Assembly: GCA_036172245.1 (NCBI GenBank)
Contig: JAYWIR010000041.1
Span: 868,001-932,000 of the forward strand
DNA: 64,000 nucleotides
DNA from: Raillietiella orientalis
Lineage: Eukaryota
Reading direction: 5' to 3'
In this document: piece by piece, positions 25,001 to 40,100 of the stretch
Layout of the letters: each line of letters starts with the position of its first letter
Numbering within the stretch: the stretch's first letter is position 1
Notes under the pieces: model-generated
Database searches by the model: none
Told to the model about the DNA's origin: nothing
Seen by the model: only the letters and a program-made list of their open reading frames with translations
Translations under genes and position numbers: made by a program

Positions 25001-28000
25001 TCATTGATTCTGCCCTTCAATCGGAAATTCGAAACAACATTCGTCAGCATCTCAAAGAATGGAACTGTCGACGAGCCTGGTCACAGACCACGATGATACT
25101 GCTTTCCATTGGCCCATTAATAGTTTTTTAAAACGTAAAGAGACCTACTTTGATTCGGTTCTTCTACTTTAATTCATCCAGTCTTTGTGGGAACCCAGGG
25201 AATCTGATTTCACTTTTTAAGAACCGAAAGTACGATATAGATCTACGGAAGAGGTGGCCTTCGAATTTCCCTTGTTATAAACTCAGCGTGTCCCTCTTGT
25301 AATGTGATCCTTCTGGGAAACTTAATAGGCTAAAGAAAAAAGCCACAAAGATTCCGAAACTATGAGTATCTTAGACATAGACATCGAACAGTATTTCTTA
25401 ATTCATTCTGGTTCATAATTGTTACTTCCAATCAGCGAGAAATTCATTTCATAAACGCAAGAGTTGGAATTTATTTTAAAAAAATATCAATAAAAAACGC
25501 GCGTGTACATTTAAGTAGATTCGCATCTAATTCAATAAGAAAAGGAGCAGCATGAAACTGACTAGTTTGCGGAAACTCCATCTCTTCAAGTCTTGCTGAT
25601 TCAGCATTCCATTTTCCTTCTTTTTACCAGTTCACTGATCCTTCTCTGTAGGAAAGGGTTACTGACGTCTTCTTTCAGATGATCGAATTCAAAGAAATAC
25701 GGTTAGCACGCAAGTTGGCAAGCACTGACGTTGCTCTAATCACAATAAGCTCACTTGTGTCACACCCACATCTTCACAGTATTTGGTTAAGAAAAAAAAA
25801 TGCAATATAAGAATAAAGTTAGTGGTAGTCCTATTAAAAAACGTAATGACAGCAATAATGTCACGGATCTTGAAGTCAATACAGTCTTATACGTGATGAC
25901 AGCATCCGTTTAAGACGTTTTGAAGTTTCGGTAAGAAAGCCTTGGGGATCAGAGGAAGTGGATAGCGGTCATTAGAGTGTAGGCTAAGGAAAACCACCGA
26001 TTTTTTAGAATCTCGTCTCATCAAAAAACTCCCTAGTGAACACTCTGACAGTCTTTCAACAACAACCTTTGGCGAGAAGGTCGCATGTTCAGGCATGGTC
26101 ACTGACATTTTCTATTTGGAATTCTTAGAGCATATTCGTATAGAGTGTTGAGACGCACGATTCTTGATGTTCTAAATTAGGATCGGGGAGGCGAAAGAGA
26201 TCTAAAAAGAAAAGGGGAGGAAAAACTTGCGAGTTTTAGAATTATGGAAGCATTAGGATGCAGCTATCCTTTAATCATCATCTGTATTATTTCCCAGTGA
26301 GTCCATCAAGTAATTTGCACAGCTATTTCTGGATTTCTTCACGGTAGTTCACGGAAGATGCATACTTCATCAACACCTACAACGAGCTTTCACAAGTGCC
26401 CCATTCCAAGGTTTCATCCGGTAACTGTACCAGTTCAGCAGTGATCGATGAATATCAGCGTCTTCATGGCTGAACCAACTAAAAACTGAAAGCTGTATGC
26501 TTTACTCATCAGTGCTCCCCTCGGAATCCACGGAAAGGCGTCTGTTAATTTCTCAACTGATAACACTCAGCGTCATTCTTTCGTTTCCTATATCATGCTC
26601 CTTCTTGATGAGACGTTCCCATCACAGACATTGCTTTCGATAATTTGCTTGGTGTGAGAAAAATTGGAATAACAGAAGGGTTTCATGTTATCCAAGGTCT
26701 TCCCCCACTTTTTTTTGCTGTCATATTTCACATGAGTATCTTTGCTACTTGTGTATGTGAATTGTGGCTTCGGACGAAACTTCTTCTTGGAGAAACCTGT
26801 GAAAGGGGGATTCATATCTCCAGCTTTACTGTGAGGCAGGATTAGTGATGTGGGTGACTTCGGAGGACTCGTGAGAGAACGATAAACGCAAGAGATCTGC
26901 AGCACTCGTTGCACGGGAGACAACTTTGCACATTATTCCAGGCTCGAGTTTCGTGTCAGACATGGGAGGCATCCAACACAAGCAGATTTGCCGAGTGCCA
27001 GGAGCATTTGCTCTCATTTGCTCTCAACGGGCTTTGGGTTGGAGCAGCGCATGCATATTCATCTGCTCCAAACAAGACCGTGGCAGTGCCCATCACGAAG
27101 AATTCGCGCTTCTCCATCGTAAAGCAAGCGACACATCTGGCACTCTTGAAATTCCATCAAGAGCGAGGAAGGCAAAACCTGGCACCCTTATGTGAGGGAG
27201 AGACAGGAGTTTTTTTTTTTTTTCTAGAAGAAGTCGTGTTTTTAGACCATGGATTCTCCCTGAACTTTTAACTGATACCTAGTTTTCTGAACAAAAACGA
27301 AAACTAATGATATTCAATCAAGGCAATCCATATCCGAATCGTGTGGCAAGCATTTCCTGAAAGTGCTTTCTTGCCATCGCAAGAATGCCATTCAGTGATA
27401 GCCATGCAACCCATCCGTGGTCAATCTATTCATAATCAGAACATCCACGGTTAATGACTGATTATACCTTGGTTATATCGGTTCCCAATTTTTGAAAATC
27501 GCACTTCTTGCCGTGCAAACCACTAATGGACTCTCTGGAATATTGGTATCTATTGAACCGATGAACGAATACAGTGTATTTGTGATTCCAGTTGTAACAC
27601 CACCTTTGGTAGCTTTTGACTCGGAAAAACTCTAGACTGAGATCACTAATCACAGTCCATATTCTGATGATCGTGACCATTTTCATAAGACCACTCTACA
27701 TTCTGATGATTTCTTTGTTGATGCTTTGATAACGTTAGAAGAATGCAACGCATAGAACATGAAGAGATGAAGAAGAGAGAAGTTTATGGAGATTATTTAT
27801 TTTACATTGGACATACGTATACGAGTATGTATGTATATGCGGAATATCTAAGAGAATCATGAAGATGAAGTAATTCAATTTGATAAACAGATTAAGATGG
27901 ACCTAAAGATCTGTAAGTTCCATGAAACTTGTTTTTCTTCTTCTCCATTGAAGAACTGCATTTAAAAAAAAAAAAAAAAAAAGAAAACTATTTGATTTTG

Positions 28001-28188
28001 ATCACGCGTTCTTTGAAGACACTCGTTCTTTGCCCTCTGGCAGCTACAAGAGTAAGAACTAGAGCCAAGAAAGTGTTTAGCAGTAAATAAAAAGTGCATT
28101 TTTAAAAAAATCTTATTGTTCGTACACATCGGGATGGATATTTCAAATTTTTTGAATTCTTTTGCCTTAAGGCACTGCCTTCTGCTTG

Positions 28189-31100
28189 TTACCACAGTTT
28201 ACATACATCTTTTTCTGGTTTGTACTTCTCACAACCGAATAACTTTATAAAGTCCAAAGAGTTGCTCGTCATGTAGCGTACACGCTGCTCAGAAGAGGTC
28301 GATGTCTGGAGGCTCGACACCTTTTCCGGACTCGATGAGCACCACGTCTGAAAGAAACGAGCAGCAAATCTTCCGGTGAAGCATCGCGGATCGAAATCTT
28401 GGGTTTGGCTACTGCGAGAAGCAAGGCAGCCAGGAAGCGAGTAGGAGAAGTAATCTTTCGTTCCATCTCGATGATGCAACATCCAAAAACCATGCTCGCG
28501 ACATCAATCAAAGTATGGTTCGCAGAGACAGACATTCTACGGCATCTCGTAGAGTGGATCTGCGTTCGAGGAGGAATCTCCTCGGATGGATTTCTTTGCA
28601 TCGTCCCGATCGCGCGCTTTGCTGAGTTGCCGTGAAACCGTTGTCCGTGCACGTCCTCCATCTTGAAAACTGGTCACTTTCTTTGAAACTCTATGAGCTT
28701 CTTTGAGAGCTAGCGGCTGTTGCTGATTACACTTTCGCATTTCTGGCAACCCAGGATGCCTTGTCGGGAGTGTAACGAGCAGCAATCCAATAGGTCGCCG
28801 TCATGGATACATACGCTGAGTCACAAATGCACGCAGGCTAACGGCAGCGCAACGCATAGTCTAAACGCGTCACTCAATGAAACCATCATTCAAAGCTCTT
28901 GACAAACAGCAATGCTTCCTTAAGTCGTGTTGGGACTCAAGAACAATTTAATGGCTGTTGCAGTCGAAGTAAGGGCCACCATTTTTCCCGAATCAGTTTC
29001 CGTCCTTACCCTTGCAAAGCTTATGTAGAACATGTGATCTTGAGAAAGTTTCCTCAAGTTTGGCAGGTAAAAGGGATTCCTTTTGCTCAATTTCGTGAAA
29101 GCAGTAAAGGCGACTTTAAGACCTCCGCTGCTGGCAATTTTTTCTCTCAGGGAATCTTCCTAACATGGTATGAATACACTGCGTTTCATAGCATAAGGAA
29201 AAGCCTGAACTCACCTGCGATGAATTGCCGTTTCCTTGGTCCTTAAAACACTCCGCATTCTGGTTGAACGTTTGCAAAGTTTGATCGTCCCATTGGTACT
29301 TAGGCTGCTCTTCCTTCTCGCCTAAACGATATGAGTAGTTCTGTTTACATCATTAAGAAAAGAGATTCATATACACACATGAACAGCATTGAGCATACAT
29401 GCATATGTGATGTAGATGCCTATGCAGTTGCATGACAGCTACTACGCACGCACCCACATGCATTTATTATGCTTGAACGGTACACGTACTCGTTTGTACG
29501 TGGCGACGTAAAGAGTTGTGTTCGCTTTCTTTTGTACGGTTCAACTCAGGTTTTCAACAGATTCGAATTCAAAGCTGTGCTCTGCTTTCAGCTGCATTGC
29601 AAACGCTTTGAATCGTTTCATTAATACATTTTGATTGATAAGTTTCATTCGTGTAGTTGACTCTGGTACTTATTAGAGAGCCCATATTGTGTTTCAACTC
29701 CCGCGGAAGATGAGATCGCAGTTTCAAGTTATTGCTTCTGCGTCAGCCTGTCTTCATTCGTTAAGCCGTCCCATCCCGAACCAGCCCGCATTCTGAGCTA
29801 ACGGAAAATTTCAATCTTTGATCGCCTTCCACTGTTCCGGTTTTCACAGGGATGGAGTTAATGAAGACCCACGAGGACCGGCAGTCTGACAACGCACAAA
29901 GAAACTCTCGAGCTGAGCAACGCGATTGCTCCGAGGTTTTTTTCACGACATCTTGGACCAAGGAGCCGCACATGGCCCCGGAAACTTCCAGATCTCACCA
30001 AGCTGAGTTTTGACTGAGTGGGAGCCATAACCACGTACAATATATGCAACACGTCTTCATGTGGAAACGGATCGAAAGTGGGTGAGAAGAGTAAACGATC
30101 ACAAATGCAGGCGCAGAACAGAGAACGATTAATAAATCATCGCGCGTCTTACTGCTTTCTGGCAACCCATCGAACCCGCTGACAATTCAAATTTCGAAAA
30201 GTGGCATTGCTATTTCCGAAAGAGATACTAAATTGCATTTCACTCCTTCAGTCTCTTCAGAAGACTGCACACTTTGTTCTCCGAAAGACCGCTTTCATAT
30301 ACTCTTCAGCCGCCATCTTTTATGTCGAATTTCAGATACATCTTCGCTTTCCTTGCCCTCAGTTTCTACCTACGTGGGGCTGCGCATCCGCCGTTTTTAT
30401 CTTCCTGCTAATTTTTTGGCCTCTCCATTTTTCTAGAGATCAGTTCAATTTTCAACACATTTTTGGTAGTGCCGTGGGAAACGCTGAGTGCTTCTGCCTG
30501 TGCAGCTGCACAGACAGAAGCATCGTTCTCGAGCAGCTGCAGCTGCTGTGCCTTTTCAGTTGCATCGTCAAAAAAAACGTGGTAACATTGCCTACTCTGT
30601 GTGGAAAACCATCAAAGGAATGATCATCTTTTCTGAAATTTCTATCATTGCATTCTGAAACGGAATAGATTTCATGATCGTTGCATCCCTGGTTGCTGGT
30701 TGCTGTCGCATTTACGTTCACATATCCAGCATGTGAAATCCGAAAGAATGTCGACTGCATCTCGAAGCAAAAAACGTAATCTTCATTACTGAACTTTCTT
30801 TGCCAATTTTTTCCTATCAACAGAAAACGCAGGCACATCAGTCTTCCTTTTCTGTGTACTTATCAATAGGAAAGTGACATGCGCTCCGGTCGTTAGAAGC
30901 GGCACCAAAGATCAGATTGAAATGGAGCCTGGTGTTCTCCAATCTTGCACAAGTTACAGTTATCATGCTGTTGTGCTGGACATCTACTGACAGGATGTGA
31001 GGAATACATCCAATTGAATATAGAAATTCGGTCTGTGTACTCCCTGCTTCCCGGCCTGCTTGGTGTCCTTTATCACCACATACCTGACAGGAAGAATCGC

Positions 31101-34100
31101 GGAGTGCTCTGGGAGATTAGTTCGATTACGACCAGTTTTCTGGAAGTTTCTGCAGCAGACATGGAGGATGGTACTTCCATCGTGACTTCACACAATCTTC
31201 TCGATCCACTTCCGTTATCACCCATCTAGCTCGAAACTCTTCTTTTACATCCATATCATCATTTATATGTACGTCGTCATAATCTCGACCCTTTCAGCAG
31301 CATCCATAGTGTCTCTTCTCTAAGCGCTGTCTCTTCCGACATAAGGAGTCTTTCGCTGTATGAGAGTCTCGTTGGGCATCTTCACTTGGACCACGTGATT
31401 CTAAATGGCAACTGCTCTTAATGTGATCAGCAAGATCTGGAACGTCTGCTTTATTAATTAGCAACTTCATCCGGAGGCAAAGCAGTGCTCTTCAATGCAA
31501 TCACTTTGCAGCATGGTCTTCAATCTTGACTTCGGTTCGTCAACAGAGCTACCATCAGTTCTAGTGTTGGGTTATTTTTGCTTGATGATCCAAATACTGG
31601 CAAAAGATTGCTGTTAAGGCGAATCTATAGAGCGAGGAGATTGGGATGCGTTCAAGGATCCTGGAATGCGCGTCGTGGAAACCAGATCTATTCGAGACAC
31701 CCTAAGCAGGACGGAGGGTTTTTTTCACAGTCTTTGCAGGACATTTCATCACGATCGGCAAGCAGGAAACAATTCCTACCTGCCAAAAATGGAATGTAAG
31801 GGTAAAAGCGAAGAGATATCTTGAGAATAAGGATGAGTGGTCAAAAAAGCCTTGCATCAGTTTTTGGGTAGTTCGAAATTCCATTTCCTGCAGAGGCCAT
31901 ACCAAGACAAATTTTGGAGGGCACGCATGCGCTCCTCATCTTAGCGCTTACTCTGCTTTTTCCTCGGGTTTTTTTTGGGAGGGAAGGGGGTAGTGGTGGT
32001 GATGGAGGGGGAGCGATCCACGTTTTCTTTGGTGCCAATTGCCTCGAATTGATGCCTCCAGAAGTTATTTGGAATTCTGGGTCTTTATTTGCCTCATTCT
32101 GGGCCTCACTGTGCCAAGAAACATGAGAAAAATGATCGCAATTCGAATGCGTTTCATTCAACGTCCTCCCAGACTGACCACTGCCTGTTTTGGAAATCGA
32201 AATGCAAGAATTATTAATATTTTTTCCCAGAATGTTCAGTTGATTTTCAGGCGCATGTCTCACTTGGTCGTCTACCCCCATGAGCTTCCAGACGGGGGGA
32301 CTTTTGGGTATTCTCTCTCCGAAATGGACTGCAAGGCAGCCATGAGCCAAGTGTGAATTTCAGATATCATTCGGGTTCCGATGAGCATTTTTTCTTTTAT
32401 TGATTGGTTCGTGTTGAAATCGTCTGCTCCTCTCTGAGTTTCTGTGACCAGTGGTCGCTGAATGCTGGTTTCTTCCTTACTGCTTTCAGGATTCGAGCGG
32501 GAAGTACGTTTATAATTGCAATCATTGAATTCCCCTGTTTTGATTTTCGTTCGCACCGAGACGCAGGATTTCTTTTCGCCTCTCATCTCTCGTCCCACCG
32601 AGGTTCACCATCCACGCCAGAGTAACCGTGCATCGGATATTTCCTTTGCTTTTGCTGTCTGCGTATTCATGACGGTATTTCATGAGAACAACGGATATGC
32701 CTCATGGGTGCTTTCGCACTTTTGTTATGACAGTATCGATTTCGTTCCTAATTTATAGATTTTGGATCTTAAAAGCGAACAGGTGAAAATTAAGACCCAC
32801 GAAAACAAAGTCACCATCATGAATAAAAACGCATCATCTCGATACAGTCTCGACCTAGAGTCCTCGGACAAATTCGTCATGTATTTTATTATTTCTTTAA
32901 GGGGAAAAAAGAAAAGAAAAGAGAACTGAGCTTTGACCGACTTAAACTGCGAGAGTGCGTGCTACATGTCGTAATCTTTGGGGATTTCCGTCTGGTAAAG
33001 GGTAGCGGTACGTGCACACGTGATGCATAAGGAAGATATGGAAGTGTCATTGCTGTAGCGAGAATGCAATTTTCATGTTGAAAGTCTCTCTCAACGACTT
33101 CGAAAAAGCTCCCGAAGAGGAGTGAATGAACCGACTGTACCAATGGACCCGGAACTGGCAGCTGGACAGGAATCCGGGGAAGGGCAGGGAGCGAACCGGA
33201 AGGCAGTCCCAGGGAGTTTCATTTCTTTTCCCGTGTGGGGTCACGAAAACTCGAATGTCCCCAGACGACTGGGCTGCCATCTGGTGGCAAGATCGATGAG
33301 CAACCAACTCTTCAAGGGCGTGTTAAATGGCTGCCGAAAAGACCGTGGCAGTGCGTGCATTTGCATCACGCACCAGATAAAATGTTATTTCTTCCTCCTG
33401 GTGAATTCAAGGGTAACAGCGCCACGTTCTTAGAAAAATCATTCAATGTACCAGAATACGCATTCTGCTTCTTTGCTAATATTCCAAGAAGCAGCAGGGT
33501 TGTCCTATTCGATGTCGGTTGATCGTTGAAAGCAAAAAAAAAAAAAAAAAAGAACGTTAAAATCTCGAATGACTATGATTTTACGTGAGTACAGGCTTTT
33601 GCTGATTGCAAGAAAGAATCCAAACAAAAGTTAAAAGTAACTGAATGGAGAGGTAAATAAAAATTGGTTGGCACAAGAATCTTTCAAGGATGAAAGAATG
33701 CAATTTCCTAGCTTGTCTGTATACAAGCACTATGAAGCTGTTCTTTCGTTTATTCTTCTCCCTTCACGAACATGTTTGGGGATCTTACGCACATTCACGG
33801 TATCCTTATTCTTAATGCTCCAGTCTGTTGCAAAGAGATCTCTTCCCGTGATTATTTCAACATGTGTCACATGCTCAAGAGAGTTTTCATGACGTCTGCA
33901 GAGCTTGTTGTTGACTTTAGGTATCATTCTAACTCTGTGGACCAGTCGCACTGAGCCAGCATTTCCTGTTCTCATAAAGAATCAAAAAACTACTTTGGTA
34001 TTTGTTTGGTTCCAGCTCTGTACATTTTTCCCTGCAAAGGACGCTGTATTTTTCAGGCCTAATTTCAGAGAGGGCTGATCGTCTAGAGGAAGGGCAATAG

Positions 34101-37100
34101 AGAAGACCGATGCTAGAAGCAGAGAAAGATCTTTCATTAGCAATTGCCTTTTTCCTAAAGAACAAGTTGCTTTCCTCTCTTGACACATTAATTCCTGTTT
34201 GGACATTTAGAAATTTGGAATCTGAATTCATTGATTGATCAAAATGATTAAGAACGAGGAAAATGGATTCTTCTTCCAAGGATCCATTACTGCGTCGTCG
34301 AGTTGAGTTGCTTTGAGTCGGTTGTTCCGAAACAAGCAGCCTTTGTTCTGGGACTTTCCGGATGAAGAGACGAGTGTTCTAACGAACTTTCGACTGGATT
34401 TTGCCCAACTGGAAGCAACAAGTTCAGCGGAAACACCAGAGTGGCGATTCCGGTAGATGAACATCCGCGTGGTGAGCCAGAGCATAGAGTTGAAAAGTCT
34501 TCCTCAGTGCAAAAGTTACAGGTTCTTGCAGTTATCGAGGTGATCTTCCAAGATGCCACGATGCTATGAGATCATGCCATAGACCGGTGCGAAAGAGAAG
34601 ATTGGCGATTAACTGATACTATTGAATAGTAATCCATTTTCTGTCACAATTCGCAGTGGAAAACGGGGCGAGGACACCTTTCAAGAGAAAATCTTCTCGC
34701 AAGAAAGACTGCTTGTCAAGAAACGGATGGATTAGGGTGAACGAAGAGTGCATCAGCCACCACTACAGCCAAGAAATCGGAAAAAAAATCGAAAGGTAGA
34801 AACATTCAAAAAAAGGAAAAAAAAAGTCCATTAAAAAACGGCATTGACTTTCCAGGAAGAGGAACGCAATTTTAGGATCTGATTGCAAGCGAGCTGCTTA
34901 AAAATAAACTCCTTTGACCTGATTAACTCTGAATACAACGACGATGGAGACAATGGAGTTGTTTTCAATATGTGGTAGTAAACTTTGTAGATGGCATTTC
35001 ATTTTCCTTTTTTTTCTGCTCTCGGTTCAATTGAGGCAGAATCCTTGAGATTCAAGCAGTCATCTCGAGCATGACTTCAGACGTCCTTTTTGAAACCCCA
35101 AGTAATTCTGACTTGTTACAACAACTTCCGTAAAAAGTGTTAATTATAATTCAAAAGTCTTTATGGTCTCAAGGTTTAGGGTTCCCTCGAGAACTCATCC
35201 ACGAGACCACGTACTAAATGTAGTGATCGCGATGATGGTGGCTATTGTGCAGTGGACCAGACTGCAAGTCACTCTACGCTTAGAAGGACTCTACAGTTCA
35301 AGCATGAGTAACAGAAGCTCAATGCCGATCATGGTCATTGGCACAGTGCCTTTGTCACTACTAGAGATCACGTGGAAGCAGAGTGCATCGGACGTGCAAA
35401 CGAAATGCTTTCTTAAATCGAACCGAAGCAAACGGACAAACACCTACCACTGCCGTCGAGCCCAAGTAGAATTTCCCTTGCTATTAACGTTCCTAGACTT
35501 CCAAAGTTCAGGAAGCTAAGAAACAAGAAATAAATTTCGTTTTATTTATGATGCCTGCTTACTTTAGAGGTCCGTCTTGAAAGAATGGCGACTGTAAGAT
35601 TGCGGCTGGGATAGCTGGAAGAAAAAAAAAAAAGCAAAATGCACAAACCGTGCTCGAAAATGCTTGTCTCACAAGAGAAACGAATCCATTTCTAAACTAA
35701 GTTTTCAAGAGCTAAGACTTTGCAAGGAGAACTAAGAAACTGCAAGTACTTCTGATGAGACACGGTTAGCCTCATCCAAGAGAGAAAGCAAAAGAAAAAG
35801 GAAGTGATATTTACTGATTGAATTATCTTTCGCTTCATATGCTACCGATGCATCAAGAAGAGATTTTCTCCATCTAAGCACACATTGGATTACTTCTACG
35901 TAATTTTTCACACGGTGGGTACATACTTTAAAGATGGAGGCTCCAGAAGTGACTGAAACATTCGATCCACCGACATTCGTTTCACTACCAAGAGATTGAA
36001 CAGGTTACTTAGTTGAATACGCAACGCTTTGATCTCCTGGGAAAAGAAAAGAAAAAAAAGTGTTTGATTCAAGCTTTAGGGAATTTTCGCACAGAGAAAG
36101 CGTCGCCGTAGGTTACTGGGAAAAGGAAACACCGATAAATTCCAATTTCCGTGTCTCACACTAGAGGCAGCGCCAAGACGAAATTTCAATACGCTGCATC
36201 TCCTCGTCCTCAGGAAGATGCTTGCTGCTTTCGCGCTTCTCCATCCACCACACAGGAGACTTCACTGAGCTGCAGGATGGCGCGAAACGCGCTTAGCAAC
36301 AGTCCCTATGCTACAGACAGCAGGCGACGTTGAGGAAACAAAAACTGCGGCACTTTTAGTTTATTTAGCGGACCCCTCAGATGCTTGTGGCTCTGCCTGG
36401 GAGCTTTGTTTCAGGTGCTGCTTCTGTGGTCTGTTTAGGAGAGATCTGTCAGCCACAGCAGAGCAAGATGATCAGAATGAGAACAGCGACACATATGGTA
36501 TGACGTGTCACTTCAGGGATGCCATTATATACGTTTCGACATTCATGATCTTCTGCTGAAGCGATGCGGAAACTTTTACAACTTCAAAGCAGTAAGCAAT
36601 TCTGACACAAAGATGAGAAATGCCAAAGTGAATTCGCGTCAAGAATGATTATCTAGTCTTCAAATCGCCTATTTTCGCATTCCATGTAGAACCTTTTTTT
36701 CTCTCCTCTTCTTCTGTCTTTTGTGTTGAGGATAATAAAATGGAAGCGAAAATCGGGATCCTCTACGTTCATTCTGAAAAGCCAAGCCGAAAAGACCGCA
36801 TCCCATTTTTGCACCAGCTTATCAATGTAAAGAGCCCCCTGCATGGTAGCAAACACCCACAAAAGGGCAGTCTCTTTTTCTGGGTCATGGAACATTCGCT
36901 CCCTTTTTCCTCGGTGGCTTTGTTCATTAAAATACTGCAGGCAGGCCGCGATGAGTGCAGCTCGAATCGTGCAGATTCGATTTTGTGCGAACATTTTTTC
37001 AAGGCTCCAGATGGTGGTCATGCGAACCAAAATTCAAACCATGTAGGCAAGCGCGTGAGGGGTTGCCAGGCACCCACTAGAGTTTTAGTTTGCGTAAGAA

Positions 37101-40100
37101 AAAGCATTCGAACTACAGAAAATGATGGGATTTGCAGAAAATGACGGCAAATGACATGCGCAGTGTGGGAGCGTAGTTTGTCCCACTGTGCAGGTAGTGG
37201 TGGCTCCGAGGGGGAAACCCTTCTAGAAGAAACAGCGAATAGCGGAAGAGCACTTGGGGTAAAAAATGAAGATCCAGGAACTGCTTAGTTTAACGTCCGG
37301 AAGAACTGCCCGATGATGATCTGCTTCTAGATCAACAGCGAGCACTTGAAGAAGCCGACAGCAGTGTCAAGGGAACGTGATGCTGCTGCTGCAAGTGAAG
37401 GACTTGAAAGTGAAGTCACACTCAAGGGTATTGAAGATGTCCTTCAAGCTGTAGTTGGTTAAAACAAGAAATTATGGATGGGGATCCTGACCTAGATCGG
37501 AGCATGCGAATTCGTCGGCATGTCCACAATGGCAACATGTGGGTGGAGATTTGAAGAAAAGTAGAAGAGCTCTCCCTACTCTAATAAAATATCCCGAATG
37601 CAGTAAGGGTGTTCTTGTCCACATGAGGTTTGCCTTCATGGATAATCTTTAGAATCTTTTCCTTTTTATTCTGCTCCCTGTACTCTGGGACTTTGCTAAC
37701 AGCCAATTTACATTTAAGTCTTCTTAAGGAAATATTTGCAATATTCCCTCGGGAAGCATAAAAAGACTTAAAAATTTTTCGATTGATCTGAAACCGATAA
37801 GATATTGTACATAGATAGAACTGTATGTTTGTTCGTGTAGTGCGAATTCGGATGCAGCAACTATTTTATGGAACGAGGTCTTTTCACTATCGCGGTCTGC
37901 CTGCATGTGGTACTCACCTCTCTCTTTCACTCATTTCAAATACTCCTGATGAAAAATCGTCTTCATCGAAATACTAAGCTAAGTGAAGATTTCAGCGAGT
38001 GTTTATCGATAGAGCCTGATTTACTCAGGACACATTTTGAATCATGCCAAATTAGCTAACAGTCAACAAAATAATACGTACTTTGGTATAGTATTCCAGG
38101 ATAAACTCTTCATTAATCATCCCCAGAGAAGTGAACATGTTGTCCGGATAGGCAACAAACTTCTTCATTCCTTGGAGTTTTTTCTTGCTTTTCGATTTGT
38201 CAGGTTCACTCATCCATGTGGCTCCGTCGATGAGGCGCTCCACTTCGCTCTGGATTTGGGACGCCAGTATGCTGGCCTGGGACACGAATACACTGATGAG
38301 ATCAATGGTAACACGATTACCCAAAAGATTCCAAACACCTATATCATGCAGCACTCACTCCACATCCCTTTCATTCGAAATTTCTCTTCCTAACGAAGCC
38401 GAAAGATCAACTTCTCGATCGTCACATCGTCACTCATTCCTACTTCAGGTCAAAAAACTGCATCTTTCCCCCAGCGTTTCTGCCAGAAACGACGTCCCCT
38501 GAGGTTGGTTGGAACTTGAAAAGGCCATCTGCACGGTGGGGTAAGAGGTAACCAATATTATACATCACCCGGTCCGCGGATCTTCCAAGGAAGAACAGTC
38601 ATTCCAGTTGACTGCTGAAGTTGAATTCGTGAAACCAAACACCAAGATGCAGCTTTTGCGAAAGGGATTGTCTTCCCACACGCAAGCTTAGAAGATAACC
38701 AAGAAATCTTCAAAATGTCTTCTGTTTTTTGAGTATTCTGGGTAAAAATGTGCCATCACGTGATCGCTTGCAGATTTGCATGTCCAGGGAGTCTTATTAT
38801 GCTCCTGCTGTTATGTGGGAGTCCTGTCTTTGTATCATGATTTGGAGTTTTGTTAGTCGAGGATTCCTCGTCGAGTCCGTGGAAGAAAGCGTGCGTAAAA
38901 TAACACAGAGGCAGAAATCCTCCATTTTTTCTTTCCAATTCCAGGAGGGTTAAGAACGCGTAGAATGGACTCGACGACTCGGGAGGAGGGAAAATAAGTG
39001 GATAAATGAGGGATGCTGAAGGTCATCTTTTAGAATTATTTTATTTTTGGTAAACATATTGGTCCCAAGGAGTCATTCTCCCATGCAAAAGATGATATAA
39101 GCAAAGGTACTTTCTCTTGAAATATGTGGTACAACCAACGAGTGATTTGTTTTGCGATCACAGCAACATCGCAACCAACAGTGCTTTTCTTTTACGTGTC
39201 TTTGATCAGTGCCTCATTTCGCAAAACCGAACTCCAACGAATGCTACTAAAAATCTACTGGATTATCGTACATTCTAATACCCACATGAAGAGTTCTGCT
39301 CCTCACATTTCTCAACTTCTCTGTTTAGTATTTAACTTGGTATTCTCCGCGAGCCGCTCTTCGTCTTTCAAGTGAATGAATCGCTACTTGGAAATCGGTA
39401 AAGATTCTATGGCCACGGCTATGTGCATTTCTTTCCACGGAAAACACCGTGCGATAATTTGCTTCGGTCCGAGTCTTCAAATTTTTTTTTTTTTTTTTCA
39501 AGAAAAAGGCATCTCGCACAATATCTACCACCGGTTCCAACGGTTGTTTTCTTCTTGCCGAGTCCCAAGCACATTTCGTGAAATCCTGCAATCTAGTCTG
39601 CCTAAATCTGGAACCTGGATTGGGAAGAATTTCTTCGGGACAATGACAAATGGGCCAACTTCTTCAACAACATAGAATAGTTGTCTGTGGAGCACGCCGC
39701 ATGGCTCCATCATAGATTTGATTCCTGACCTCTGTGAATGCGAATGCGTACAGTTAATTTGCTTCCAGGTACTAACCATGCTACCATGAGGTGACACCTC
39801 GGAGAGATATCTGATTCTGCGGAATGCTTCGGTTTTCAATCGACCGGTATCGACCGGTTTTCAATTCCGATCCACGAGTTCCTTCACCATCAAGTCTGGC
39901 AGTTTTTCTTCCACTTTCTGGGGACTAGTGCTGACTGAGACAGTAATCGTAAAATATCCAACGGGGTTGAAGATGCTGCGAAAATGCTGACACATTTTTC
40001 AGGAGCGCGCTCGAAAATAAGACTATGTTTGCTCAGCGATACTTGAGGAATCGTTTCCATCGACCGAGATGCACATCAGCGAGGTCAGCTCAGCGTCTAG

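Noticed and set aside
36653..37930. Apparent neprilysin-like peptides LPEGILQIFP and DPDFRFHFIILNTKD on the minus strand
   Set aside because: Much better matching, phase-compatible exons exist at 35614-35563 and 28347-28189. These peptides are chance matches or an unprovable decayed duplicate.
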